From assembly GCF_006345805.1 (NCBI RefSeq), contig NC_043006.1, positions 90,892,001 to 90,956,000 on the forward strand: a stretch of 64,000 nt of DNA. Direction: 5' to 3'. The translations under genes were made by a program, and so were the position numbers. The notes under the pieces were generated by a model. It was not told the origin of the DNA. It saw only the letters and a list, made by a program, of their open reading frames with translations, and ran no database searches. This document shows positions 1 through 13,252 of this stretch, in pieces. Origin of the DNA: Octopus sinensis (Eukaryota). Position 1 is the stretch's first letter, and every line of letters starts with the position of its first letter.

Positions 1-1162
1 CCACTCCACTGACTGTAGTGGGAGCCTTGAACGTGTCACCAGCATGTGAGTTTGTATATGTGTGTTTATATGTGCATGCCTATGGATGTATAGCTATTTA
101 TATGTGTGTATGTATATGTAATTGAATATGTATGTAATATATTAATATGCATATATGTTTGTGTTTATATCATTCTATGTACATATTTATGTTTATCTTT
201 TAAAAATTTGTACCTGCTTGTAAATGTTTTTTTACACTCCTAGACTGGTGATTAAGTTTGTCCCCAATTTGATTTAAGTGTGTAATATTGATATCCATCA
301 CTCCTGAATGGGATCAGGGGTGAGTTGTCTCACCTGTCTATGACTTTCTATATAGATACAGATGTATACATGAGTGTGTGTGTGTACCTGTGTGTTTGTG
401 TGTGTATTTACATTTATCTGCTTGTATTATGTGTCTGTGAAAGTGTTTCCATATATGTGCATCTATGTACTTTGTTAACTCCAGATTATTTGCTCAAAAA
501 GTATTTTGAGGTTAGCGAATGTGTGAGTTCAATTCTTGAGAGTTCAAATGCTTTTTGTGTGATATTTTTGTGACCTTTTTCACTTTATACAGAAGTTTAT
601 TGCTGTTGAACACAGTTTCTTGATATTAGTTTGACCTCCCTCTCTTTACGCATTCATCCTTCAACTCGGTGAAATCTTCAATTCACCAGTTGTTTTCTTC
701 CCCTCTTTCCCACCTGAATAATTACTTTTAGTAAATAATTCTTTTATATTATTCCCTTATACTTTTATGTTATTCTTACTTTATCTCTTGTCTGTTTTTC
801 TTCTTGTTATCTTGTTTAAATTAAGAATGGTGAATTCCTCACTCTCCATCTAGCACTTGAACTTAATAATTTTTTCTATAATAACAACAGGATATGTCCT
901 GACCTTCCTACTTATCTTTCACTGACCAAATCAACCAGTTCCAGCCTTCCATTCAGTGTGTGTATGAAGTGTGAATTTACTATGTATATTTAGAGTTGAA
1001 CTGTTAATGTAACCATGATGTTCCAGTGATCTGATGAGCTAGCTTTCTTTATAGACATTTGTGAATATACAATTCTATTGTACAACACTGAGTATACGTA
1101 TCAATGCCAACATGTACACAGAATTTCTTGGATACTTGAAATTAATACTACATTAGGAAGGT

Positions 1163-1411
<249 letters not shown>

Positions 1412-3610
1412 ATCTGAATATAAATTTTGCTGTTCATAGCTACTCTTTTATCACAGATGAGAATTTTAATTGAATGTAAATGTTTTATGTCCATTGACAG
1501 CATATACCGTCTTATTATGCCTCTGCTATTGACTTTTTTCTCATATTATTGATGCCTTTCCAGTTGTTTCTTTAATCTTATTAATAATTCATTAATAATA
1601 TGTAGGAATGTTTTCTATTTGCTTTGATTCACAGTTTATTTTGGCAATTTCACAAATAATTCAGGTTATTGTTTTGTTGTAATTTAGAAATTCTGTCTGC
1701 TTTTGTTTGAAGTACTCAGTTGAAATAGATTATCAGAACACTGTGACCAAATATTTAAGGTCTGCCAATTATTTTTATAATAAAAATAATAAGAAATAAT
1801 TGGAAAGCAAGAATAGCAACAGTAGCAACAAAATCATGAATTCAATAGAGGTGACATCAATATTTCTTCTTTAATTACTTAATGCTGTAATTTTCAGTCT
1901 TCATTATTTATTGCTATCCTCATTTTTTTCTTTCAGTTTCACAAATAATATCTTAATTGGGAAGATTTCCAGCAATCTTATTACTTAGTGTTAAATATAG
2001 ACATCTGATTAAAAGAGAAATTACCTAATCAAATGCTGAGAAATTATGTTTAATATTTAATAGTATATATACTCATATTGGTATAAAAATGCAGATCTTG
2101 ATAGATCAGCAGAGCTTAATTGTGGAGCCAAATTAAACAGAATCAAAATGATTTTTACCTTAATTTGTTGGTTCTTCTTCTATTCTGCATTACTCTAATC
2201 AGAATGATGTTCTTATCTTTTTAAATATTACTTTAAAGTAAACTTTAAAAGTCTCATTTCATAGTAAATATACATGGAGAAGGAATTATGGTAATAATTC
2301 CTTCTGCATCATAATATTTGCAGAGTCCAATTGCACCATTTATCAGGGATTATTTTTATTTCTAAATTAATAATTCAATTTTATTTTGAACATCATAGAC
2401 TGAATGTCAGTTATGTATGCTAAGTTTTAGATATATAGTAGTTATCTTTATTTGAAGACACACTTTTTGTTATTATCATTATTTTTCTGGTCTGAATGAA
2501 AACAAGTACTCCTTTCAGTTTGAAATTATTTCTCTTAAGAAATTGTGAAGAGGTTTCATTGAGAAAATGTGAACAGAAAATAAAGAACCATTTTGGATTT
2601 TATTTTTTGTTAAAAATTCTAACCTATTTTCTCAACTATTTTAATAGAAATACATTCAGTACCAGACCTAGCTCTAGGGAAGTGGCTTGTTCTTTCTTTT
2701 TGTAACGACATTTTATTTATAATGGAACTTTAGTTATTGGTTATATCCTGAAAATTGTTTGCTTTCTTGTTGGAATACTACTCTATTAAAGCAATTTTAA
2801 TACTTGCCTATTGGCTAACCATCTAAACTAAAAACTCAGGAAAAATATGGTTATAATAAAAAGACACTTCCATGTATATATATGTAATTTCTTGTTAAGT
2901 AAAATTTTTGTTGAGAAATACATTTTAATATGACTGATTTTCTTTTCATGGTAAAAGACTCTGAAATGTGTAATGCTTGTTATTGCATATGTCTATACAA
3001 ATATATATCAAGTTTAGTTATTTAATAACTTTTTATAGTAATTTTGAAATTCATTTAATTCTTCATATATGAGAAAATATTTTTCGTTTATTTTAAATCA
3101 AATAAATCTTTTTAATATTATAAGGTGTTGAAGTTTATTTTCAATGTTTTCATATATTTGTCAACATCCCTATTTCATTAACTTTCCTTTTTCTTAATAC
3201 TAGACCTTTCTAAATAATATGAACTTCTTAAATATTTTTATTGATTTTGAAAAGAAAGTACAGAACATTTGTGCTATAAGTATAAGTTATTAAGAAAAAT
3301 ATTCTTACTTGTAAGCAACTTATAATTACTTTTACTTCCTAATACATAGAAACTAATATTTAAAGAACTTTTACAAAGCAATATTTATTTCAAAAGTCTT
3401 AGAAAACATAATCTAAATGGCAAAAATGTTACAAGGTTATAATTTTTTCTATTTGTTAATAATGATTTTAAATAATTAATTATTGGCTAATGGTTTTTCA
3501 AATAATTGCTAAATTCATTATAGTATATATAAGTCTGTGTACAATGCTTGCATGTATATGTCTGTGTGTACATATCTGCAAATAATATTATAATATTATA
3601 TAGTATATAC

Positions 3611-3903
3611 TTTCCAAACTGTTCAAAAACTTTAAGTTCAACATTACTGGATGGAGTCTGATTAATAATATGGCTGCAAGAAAAGAACTAAGATAAACCA
3701 GATGAGAATTGCATTTAGTGACATTAATCTCTTTAGATGTGTAGATATGAAAAAATATTCTTATATCATAATACAAGAAACTGTTTTGGGTTTTTTTTTA
3801 ATCCTTGTAATATATCAAAATAATCACACTTACAAAATATCTTCAGAATACAAACTACATATAGGGTATATCTTGAAATTCATCTTCAAAACAGCCTGTT
3901 TTA
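3611..3903 (-). CDS. Candidate pair of short spliced exons (3903-3834 and 3673-3611), unknown host protein
   Basis: Minus-strand splice sites: cttttcctcaaacag / gtaagt and ttcttttcttgcag / gtatat. The exons join in phase across a 160-nt intron: KQAVLKMNFKIYPICSLYSEDIF-HIINQTPSSNVELKVFEQFG. No protein family recognised. Confidence 0.22.
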
Positions 3904-4548
3904 CTGTTTGAGGAAAAGTTACGTGTAATAAATACTTTCCAATCCTTCTTCTACAGAACTACAGTCATTTGAAATTTTCTTTCAACCTGTTTTCTCTTAA
4001 CTTCAAACCTCCATGAGGAGTTTATATAAAGCACAAAGAACATTATTTCCATTGAGATACGTCTCAATATCTTCCGGTTCAGGAAACAACTAAGGGTGCT
4101 CCACCTTACTCCTCATTAAACCAACTTATTAAGAATAATACAAAAAGATCAATTATCAAATCCCTTAAAGACAAGAGATGAAGAGAATAAACATGAAAGT
4201 AGTAGTAAAGAGTTACCAGGAGAAGACTGATTCAACATGACTTTTTCTTGCTTAAATATGATGGATGAACATAGCCATTGAATAGTTTCTTCCATTGTTA
4301 GAAAGGTCTAAATTGTGATAAATGGCTTTCTCACACTGTACTCATAGGATGCATTTCGTTTTTGCATAATTGCATTTTCTGGATATGCTCTAAGCAGCAT
4401 TTTGAAAATGTGTTGTTAAATGTTGAAGGTGGAGAATTTTTTTAGACAGTGTACCTTAATGAAACCACACTGAACTTCCATCTTTTGGGAAATACTATTC
4501 AATTATTGTCTATCAATTCTATTCATGTGATATAGATATCCTTTGTAG

Positions 4549-4592
4549 AAGCTAACAATACTGAAGTGAACTTGGAAAACTTGGGATTTCAG
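4549..4592 (+). CDS. Candidate 44-nt exon (EANNTEVNLENLGFQ)
   Basis: Acceptor atcctttgtag, donor CAG/gtgaat, and only one open frame. No homology recognised. Confidence 0.2.
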
Positions 4593-6100
4593 GTGAATAT
4601 TGGGATCAAAATTTCAATTGAAATTAAAAAATCTATTCACAAAAGAAGCTACATAACAAAAAGAAAACAATATAGAAAATATTCTTTAATAATCTGTAAT
4701 GCATCTGGCTCTTTTCAGAAGAGAAATGTGAGCTGTTACAAATTTAATATAAAAGATATTTAATATATTTTATCCAACCTTTACAATGATATGACAGGTT
4801 ATTTCAATATCTAAAATTCTTCATCAGAGTTTTCTGTTATATAAGATTCTATTTTTTGCAATGTGTTTGTGTTGTAAAATTATCAAAAAAAAAAAAAAAA
4901 AGAAAAAAGTAGAATTTCTTGTATTTTAAAAATAGAATTTAGAGCTGAATAATGGATGATAATGTTGGTCTCAATGTCATATAAAGAATGCTCAAAAAAG
5001 ATCTCCTTGTACAGAGGTAGTTCAATTGGTAATAAAGTAGCTAGGGTTAATTAATAGCATGCTAACCTTGATTATTTCACTTTTTTGATTTTTGTCATGG
5101 TTTTTGATCCCAATATGCTAATAATTTATCATATTGTATTACATCATTTTTTTCTTACAAACAGAAAACCAATATAATTAACATTAAGCTAGACAGCATA
5201 CAATGTTACAATATATATGAGTTATCATGTCTGTAAAAGGTTTAAAAATATGTTGGAAAGGATACTGAGAATTTAGTGTCAAAGGTTTCCAAAAAATAGG
5301 ATAAACAGAAACAAATGTGTTGCAGTTATCCCTCTCTATTTGAAGAACAATAAGGAGAGCTTAAATTAGGCAGTATAGAAGCTAAAAGACAAGTGCTGAT
5401 GATATTGAAGGTTATGATATTCACTTCTACAGTGTAGTGTAGAATATTTGTTCAGTATCGAGTATTGAAATGGCTGTGTGTATATTCTTAGAAGAATTCT
5501 TACAAAGAAGAAGGATAAATTTAAGAACTATATATTTACTACATAAAGATATTTTTTATTCATTGGTTGTTGAAACATAATCAAAGTGTAGAATCTAGTT
5601 GAATGAAGTAATCTATGCAAGGAAGTTCAGAAATGTAGAAATAACAGCTAAGTGGTGGTTTTCAGTCATATGGCATACAGAAATAGACAGGCATAGCAAT
5701 GACATGAATGGCCCATTTCAAAATCAATAAAAATATTTAAGAAGTTCATATTATTTAGAAAGGTCTAGTATTAAGAAAAAGGAAAGTTAATGAAATAGGG
5801 ATGTTGACAAATATATGAAAACATTGAAAATAAACTTTATTATATTTGATGTAGTGAAATAAATTTCAAGACCTTATAAGGCAAGCAAGCTGTTTTTATT
5901 AATGGAAGGCTAGACATTCTAGAAACTTCCAAGAGAAATGGGAAGCTTCTTAGATAATTAAGAATTACTTTTCATGACGTAGATGTTTTGAGAAACTTAT
6001 TAAAGGGAGATTACTTCTTGCAAGATCGATTATTCAACTATTTTAGCTACAGACCACAGGCTACTACTAATGCAATTCTTTTTTTAAGTACAGAAATAAG

Positions 6101-6186
6101 CGACCCCAGTGCATAACTGGTACTTATTTAATCAACCCCGAAAGGATGAAAGCAAAGTCGACCTTGGCGGAATTTGAACTCAGAAT
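6101..6186 (-). mobile_element. Truncated tRNA-derived SINE with a Meta-domain-like centre
   Basis: Minus strand reads TTCTGAGTTCAAATTCCGCCAAGGTCGACTTTGCTTTCATCCTTTCGGGGTTGATTAAATAAGTACCAG (B-box-like start). A related copy lies at 63820-64000. Confidence 0.7.
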
Positions 6187-6949
6187 TTAAAACTAAAATC
6201 ATTTTGTCATTGATGAAGTAAATGTTTCTAGAAAATAAGCAATTATTGAGTGGAAATAGATGAACATTCAAAAACATGTACTGGTGCACAAATATATACA
6301 TGCATACTTGCATGTAGCTCTAATAAGTTTTTTTATTTAATTGTATTTATACTTTATATTTTTTAAATTAAAATTTTTTAGGGAATATTGAATTTTCTCT
6401 CATCAACTTACAAATTTCTGTGGTTTGCTGTATATTGATACAGACAGAAATACTTGGATTTCTATTTCTTTTATAGGTTAATTAATAGTTAATTGAATTT
6501 TGTTATCTATTGCAGACTGTAACTTTAGAAGTGTTATATGTAATTCTATAGAATATCATATGAGATGATATATGAAATTTTCAGAAGTCTGTTCAGTTTC
6601 GTTAATAAAAACTACAAATTAGATAAATAATTATAGTTTGAAATGTGATTAAAAAATGAACAGTTCATAACAGTCATTCCTTTGAAAAATGAAAAGTTTT
6701 GGCCTAATTTTATGACAAAGAAAATGAATGTTCCAAGCATTTTTTTTTTTATTGCAACAATTTGTGAAGTGATTCAGTTCAAAACTGATTGCAATTGCAA
6801 ACTGGTGCAAATTGCATGATGATGAACACCTTCAAATGCTTCAGTTTATGACTGTGTAAAGAAAATATCAAGACTAGAAGAATTGATAGAGACAGGTTCA
6901 TGACATTTAGCACTTTCATTGAGTGTACTTGCATGAAGATGGTTCCATG

Positions 6950-7450
6950 ATATAAGAAAAAAGACACAGCACTGGAGATTCCTATCTCCTTTAAGACTGA
7001 TTTTTTAGTAGGATTTTGGACAGGTATAATCGATAAAGTAGTGATGGAACATTTCTATGAAGCATGTAATAAATATCTAATAATAGTATGATGTGAAGGA
7101 AGAATATATTCTGAATTAAAATGAAAAAAAAAAGAAACAAATGAATGAGATAATATACTTCTTTGGAAATATCAAGAATGATCTGGAAATGCCATATCAC
7201 TTTTGATTAAAGAAAATTGATGTAAGGCTGATATGACAATGTGAAGATAGTTTACTTTGCTTTGTGTAAAATGTGGATAGGTTTGAATATTCATGAGACA
7301 GAATGAAACAGTATTTTAGGAACTCTCCTTTGTCATAGAGTTGGCTGGAAATCTATATTTTAGTTTGAAAGAGACACACTTTACAGTTATGGAGAGTTTG
7401 AGGAGCAAGTGTTGAAAAAGATCAAACTTGGCATGTGTGAAAGACGTGTA
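6950..7450 (+). pseudogene. Possible very decayed RTE-type RT relic
   Basis: Scattered motif echoes in different frames (GFWTG, NDLEMPY, YDNVK, SNLA) in the expected RT order, with many stops. Confidence 0.25.
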
Positions 7451-8482
7451 TTTTGAAATGCAAACAAAAGCTTTCTTAAACTTATTTAATGATTTATTCA
7501 TGGTAAACAGAAATGGTAAAAATTATATGGCTGCTTGGCATATGAAAGAAATTCTGAATAGATTTTGTATGATGATATGCCAAGGGTCAGCTGAGATTCT
7601 CTAGAAAGAATTTTAAATATTTTCAATATTTTAATATGAAATAACTCTAGATATTGTTAAAAAGAATTTCATAGTTTTATGTGCGTCCCTCTTTATTTCA
7701 TAAAAAATGCAATTTCGAACTAGATTTTAGAGAATCATTTTTTGTAGTTTAAATTAGTGACAGAAGTAAAGATGATTTTTTTTCAACCTCTGTCATGTTT
7801 GTTTTTACTTTTCTCTTTATAAAACTGTGTTGGTTCATAAATAGTTTGAAATGGGAAAAAATTGTTTATTTCTATGCTCGTCATAGACGTGCTTCTCATT
7901 GAAGTAAGATGAAATATTAATTTTCTGGCAAGCATATACACTTTTCCTTTATATTTCTTCTTTAAAGTCATAGGCTTGAAAAAATTGAGAGATTTGATTC
8001 TTCAATTCTTTAGTTCTGAAATTGAAAGGAGCACTTCACTAGTTTATTATTTAGTTAATCACGAGAAATAGAATTCATCTTTTATTTTCCTTATTTTGTG
8101 TAAATGAATTATTTGCACCTAACTTATTATTCATTTTATTCTTATTCTCACATGTCTCGGTCATTGGTTTCAAATAGAAGCCATGTACTTTAGTAACAGT
8201 CTATTATTCCATTTGCAATTGTTAAAAAGAAAGTATGCTGATGAAAACAACATTAGTTTTTGATTGATATTATTTTTTTTACCTTGCTCTATATTTATTT
8301 GTAGTTACCTTATTTTTAATGCACCTGTTGTCATAAATAGTATGTCAAAGTATCTTAAACCTGATGGAGCCCATCACTCTGCATATCTCACATATCTGAC
8401 TTATTCCAGAGAGAGAGAGAGAGAAAACAATCAACTTGTACTTTGGTGAGACTAGATCTTGGATTGCAGAGAACCAGATTAA

Positions 8483-9559
8483 CCCTTTCGATACCAAAGC
8501 GCCCAAAGCCGCCCGAAAAAAAATTTTGGTTAATGTGACCAAACCGCCCAAATTTACCTATTCATATTTAAATGAGAATATCAGAGCAAATCTCTTTAGT
8601 ACATTCGTGAAAACATGTATTATATTTCGTAAACAGTTCAACTACAGTTTTGTACAACAATCGAAGTGTAATTTTAATTCCATGAATTTTGGGAGATTTT
8701 TTTCCGAAATTTGTTCCTATTGTGTTTTCAAAATTTGTAATTCTGACAAAAAAATGGATACGAATTTCATTATATCAAGCAGCGAGTCAGAATTCGAAGG
8801 ATTTTCTACTGAAGACCTTCATAAATCTAACTCTATGACTGAAAAAAAAAAGCACGAGGTATTTGATAATGAATCTGATGTTTCATTTTCCAAAAGTGAA
8901 AACAGTGAATCCGAGAGCTCCGACAGCAATAAAGAAAATGAATTGGCATCTGAATGGAGTGAAAATTTAAAAACTGTTTCTTTCGGTGATTTTTCTGAAG
9001 AAACTGGACCACACCACAGACTTTCCCAGGAGATTAAAGCCTTAGACTATTTCTTTTTACTTTTTCGAATGAGCCTATTTGAAATCATTACGGCGGAAAC
9101 GAACCGTTACGCTAAACGTAAACAAAGCAAAAGAAAGGATACTTTGTGGTTTCCCACAACCTTAAATGAAATTAAGACTATTTTGCCATAAATATTATTA
9201 TGGGTATCAGAAAGTTACCCAGAATAGCAAATTCTATCGTAAAATTTTGTTATATACCCAATTGAATATTAGCTAATAACCCATTTTCTATAGCGATGTT
9301 TGAACAAAATTTAATAATTTTATATTTTGTTGAATTTACCTGTATCTACCTGCAATTAGAGTCACTTTGTGACAAAAATTATAGTATAGAATTGGTTGAG
9401 AACATTTCATTAAATTATCTTCCAAAAATCAGATTAATATATTGATAAATAAAAAAGTTATAGTTGTTTAATGAAACCAGACTAAATTTATGATTACGTT
9501 AGAAATTAATTGAAACACATAAGGGGTGTATTTTGGTCAGAAATATAGTAACGAAAGGG
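8483..9559 (+). mobile_element. Internally deleted piggyBac-type DNA transposon
   Basis: TTAA at 8479-8482 and 9560-9563. Imperfect 14-bp TIRs: CCCTTTCGATACCA and, reverse-complemented, CCCTTTCGTTACTA. Contains a transposase N-terminus. Confidence 0.9.
8754..9230 (+). pseudogene. piggyBac (PGBD4-like) transposase N-terminal fragment
   Basis: ATG at 8754, acidic N-terminus (SESEFEGF), then GP..LDYFFLLF..IITAETNRYA..WFPTTLNEIK. After a frameshift near 9181 it continues AINIIMGIRKLPRIA and then breaks off; no DDD catalytic core. Confidence 0.85.
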
Positions 9560-10729
9560 TTAAACATCATAAAACATTCCATCTTTCATTGTAGCAACTC
9601 TGCCAAATCACTGTTGTCATTAGATATGCATTAAATAAGTTAGAACTAATCTGCCTGTTGTTCTTCATGCAGATGGCTTCCCTGAATTATTTCACTTTGC
9701 ATAAAATTCTTTGTTCTTTTGCCAAGTAATCTACCAGTCTATATTTACTTACCAATTCTCTCATGCTTTTACTGGGTCAGAACACTTAAATATACCTGGA
9801 GTTATTTCCTATATCTGCCAGAAGAGTTTAAAGGATATTGGTAATTGACTAATCTCAATGCTCTCCTTTCTTCCTAGTTAACTTTTTCAATATTTCACAC
9901 ACTAGATATGTTAACATTAATTTACCTATGGTAATTAATAATTTAGTTGCTCCATTCCATCATAGTAATTCTAAGTTAATTTCAAAGTAATATACTTAAT
10001 TGAAGTAAAGATTAAGATCTATCTGTAATATTGTTATTAAATTTTTTTACTTAGATGGATGCACCAGATTTTCAGTTTCTGAGAAACCACGTAAAAGGAA
10101 TCTAAGATGTTTCAGGATCAATACTACTATTCCTTCTCATTTATTCTTTTCTTCTAAAACAGAAAATATCTTTGAAGAGTGGAGAGTACATTAACTTGGT
10201 TATATTATTAACACAGGAAAAGAAAATATATCTAAAAATCTATTTGTTCAAAGATGTGTATTTGTCTTGTTGAAATACTTTTAGCTATCATGAGAACTGC
10301 TGAATAAGAGAAGCACTGCACTTTTGTTCACTACATATTCAATCAACACAAACAAAAATGTCACTACACTAAGGATTTCTTTATGTCAGTTTTTAAATGC
10401 TAACTCAGACTTTTACTGCATCCTACTAACAGTACATCATCACTGTTAACCTGTATTATTCACACTGTTTAAAAGCATAGCATACCTAACCATTCCTTTA
10501 CTTTTTGTCAGAATTTCATTTGGCAAATAGATTTGAGCATATTTTAACTCCTGATTAACTCTAAGAAAGATTGTTTCAATTATTGCATATGTGTGTGTAT
10601 GTGAGTGTGTATGTAGTTCCTATGTTGTTGAGAAGAAGAAAGACTTTTTGATATGCAATTATCAGAAAGTCTTTCTTCTTGCCTGAGGTGCCAGTAAAGA
10701 AACATTTACCAATCAAGTATTTGAAAGTC

Positions 10730-10950
10730 CTTTTTCAACACACATTCCTCCTCAAGGGTCTGAAATCTGGACTATGAAGAAAGAGGTTCAAAATTGCTTT
10801 GAGGATACGTAAATGAGATTCATCATGCAGGCTGAAAACATCTCATGAGGTGATTACTACTGCAAAGAGTTGAAGGTGGAGTAAGGAAATAGTCCATCCT
10901 TGCCTGCTACTGTTGTTCAATGCAGATTATCACACTGGTCATGTTGAATG
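10730..10950 (+). pseudogene. Decayed RTE LINE C-terminal relic
   Basis: GSEIWTMKKEVQNCFEDT*MRFIMQAENIS resembles the RTE motif LLYGSETWT...MR...NISW. Confidence 0.45.
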
Positions 10951-11384
10951 TTATAGTTTGGAGACTTGCACGCTCTGATACAGAATGAAGGTCACTCAAC
11001 TGTATTGATGTTGTTGAAAGAGATACAATACATAGAAATGAGGGCCTACCAAAACCCTGTGTGTGTGTGTATTAATTATATATGAAATTTACACACACAC
11101 AGACACACACACATAGTATTCTAGACTATGAGTGTGATGTTGGAAGGAAGATGAGATTAAGGGAAAAGAGGAGAAACAAAAGGAAAAGGAAAAAAAAGAT
11201 AGGAAAACCAATAAGAAACAAAGACAGATGGGTTCTGATTCAAGAGGAATGAAGTTGGGTGGGCAGGTAAGGAATGGTAAAAGGATCCAATGCAAAAAAA
11301 TGGGGCAAATAAGGAAGTGAAATGGAATGGGAAGAGTTACAATGATCTTTGTGAAAAAGAAAGTTGGTGGGTGTGCATTGATTT

Positions 11385-11730
11385 CCCAACCACATGGTTC
11401 TGTGTTCAGTCCCACTGCATAGCACCTTATATAACCTCTGGTTGACTAAAACTTTTGTGAGTAGATTTGGTTGATGGAAACTGAAAGAAGTTCATAATGT
11501 ATATCTGTGTGTGTGTGTGTGTGTCTTTGTGTATATGTTTGACCCCCATCGCTGCTTGGCAACTGGTTTTAGTGTGTTTATGTCCCTGTAACTTAGCAGA
11601 TTGGCAAAAGAAAATAAGTACCAGGCTTAGATAAGTCCTGGGGTAGATTTGCTTGACTAAAATCCTTCAAGACACTGCCCCTGTATGGCTGACGTGTAAT
11701 GACTCAAACAAGTAAAAGATAAAAAAGATA
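11385..11730 (+). mobile_element. tRNA-derived SINE, family 1 (degenerate)
   Basis: AACCACATGGTTC..GTTCAGTCCCAC head, GGAAACTGAAAGAAG, central (TG)n, AATAAGTACCAGGCTT, and a GACTCAAACAAGTAAAAGA end. Confidence 0.8.
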
Positions 11731-11844
11731 TATACTATATTACAATATATTTATGCATTTGTGTATAGCACATATGTATGTGTATTATTTATGTCTATAT
11801 ATCATTTACGTATATTTATACATACATACATATTTTTATATATA

Positions 11845-11933
11845 TAGCCTGGTGCAGCCTCCTGGCTTCCCAGACCCCGGTTGAACCATCCAACCCATGC
11901 TAGCATGGAAAACAGACGTTAAATGATGATGAT
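11845..11933 (+). mobile_element. Short RTE 3'-tail copy
   Basis: TCCAACCCATGCTAGCATGGAAAACAGACGTTAAA followed by (TGA)n; the same terminus as the RTE at 28982-30245. Confidence 0.8.
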
Positions 11934-11970
11934 ATAATATATATATATATATAAAATATAAATATATGTA

Positions 11971-12333
11971 TTCTTTTACTTGTTTCAGTCATTTGACTGC
12001 GGCCATACTGGAGCACCACCTTTAGTCAAACAAATTGACTCCAGGACTTATTCTTTGTAAGCCTAGTACTTATTGGCCTCTTTTGCTGAACTGCTAAGTT
12101 ACAGGAACATAAACTCACCAACATCAGTTGTCAAGTGATGGTGGGGAGGACAAACACAGACATACATATATATATGATGGGCTTCTTTCAGTTTCCATCT
12201 ACCAAATCCACTCGCAACACTTTGGTCAGCCTGAAGCTACAGTAGAAGACATTTGTCCAAAGTGCCACATTGTGGGACTGAACCTGGAACCATGTGGTTG
12301 GTAAGCAAGCTTCTTACCACACAGCCTCTCCTG
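11971..12333 (-). mobile_element. tRNA-derived SINE, family 1 (full length)
   Basis: Minus strand runs from CAGGAGAGGCTGTGTGGTAAGAAGCTTGCTTACCAACCACATGGTTCCAGGTTCAGTCCCAC to CAGTCAAATGACTGAAACAAGTAAAAGAA. Confidence 0.88.
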
Positions 12334-13165
12334 TTAGATACATACTGACATATGTGCATACATCTGTATGAATATATGTATTTGTTTGTGTTTATGTTTT
12401 TGAAGGATGGAAATGTCTTCAATTTCAAAATCACTAAAACCTTCTATGCTTGCTGGGTATTAATGGAATATTTTTACTCTCTCTCTATTTGCCAGACAAA
12501 ACCAATATATCCACATAATAAACTTATTTTGCTTTTATGAACAAAGCATTTAATATATTTACATTTATTTCTATTTTCTGTCTAAAGAAAATACACCACT
12601 AACTTGTCGTGATAGTGACTTAGCTGTATACTTTATTTCTGATAACTTTTTTATTTTCATTTAACTTTGTAGAATTTCTTATCTTTTCTTGTCAGTGTTG
12701 TATTGATATGTAAAATTATATTTTTGGTAGTTATTATTAAAATTTTTTTTTTCATGAATTCTTTATTGCACAAAATTGTCCTCCGTTTTCAGTGAAGAAT
12801 TCTACTAGTTAAATAGCCTCAATGAATTTTAAATTCTTGCATTCTATGAAACATTTGAAATATTCAGTGTATATTCTTTAGGAGATTTTTTTGTCGTGTA
12901 TGATTTGCATGTTTTAGAATTAAAGGAATATAAAACCAGAGTAAAAGTTGTATAATTTCAATGACATTTACAATTTTATTTTCTTGAATATATTTAAGTT
13001 TGTTTTATAATGTTTTTTTTTCTATTTTTGTTCTTTAGTTACATTTTAGTCTTGTTACCAATCTGAATGTTGATTCTTATTTTAACGTGCCTAATTCTAT
13101 ATTCAATATTTTAGATATCTATCTATCTATCTCTGTCGCTCTTTCTTTCCCTCTCTCTCTTTTTA

Positions 13166-13252
13166 TAATAGCACCAGGTGGTGCTATTAAGTTAGACATG
13201 GCCTGGGCCAATAATGGCCGAAACCTATCAAAGTATCAAAGTATCAAAGTAT
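13166..13252 (+). mobile_element. 63-bp mini-element with 5' snap-back inversion and (CAAAGTAT)3 end, next to (TA)n
   Basis: 13174-13236 is identical to the reverse complement of 31887-31949. 13166-13176 is the reverse complement of 13179-13189. Confidence 0.7.

Noticed and set aside
8436-8753. N-terminal part of the 251-aa ORF
   Set aside because: It starts outside the element and reads through the TIR and 5' UTR; transposase similarity only begins at ATG 8754.
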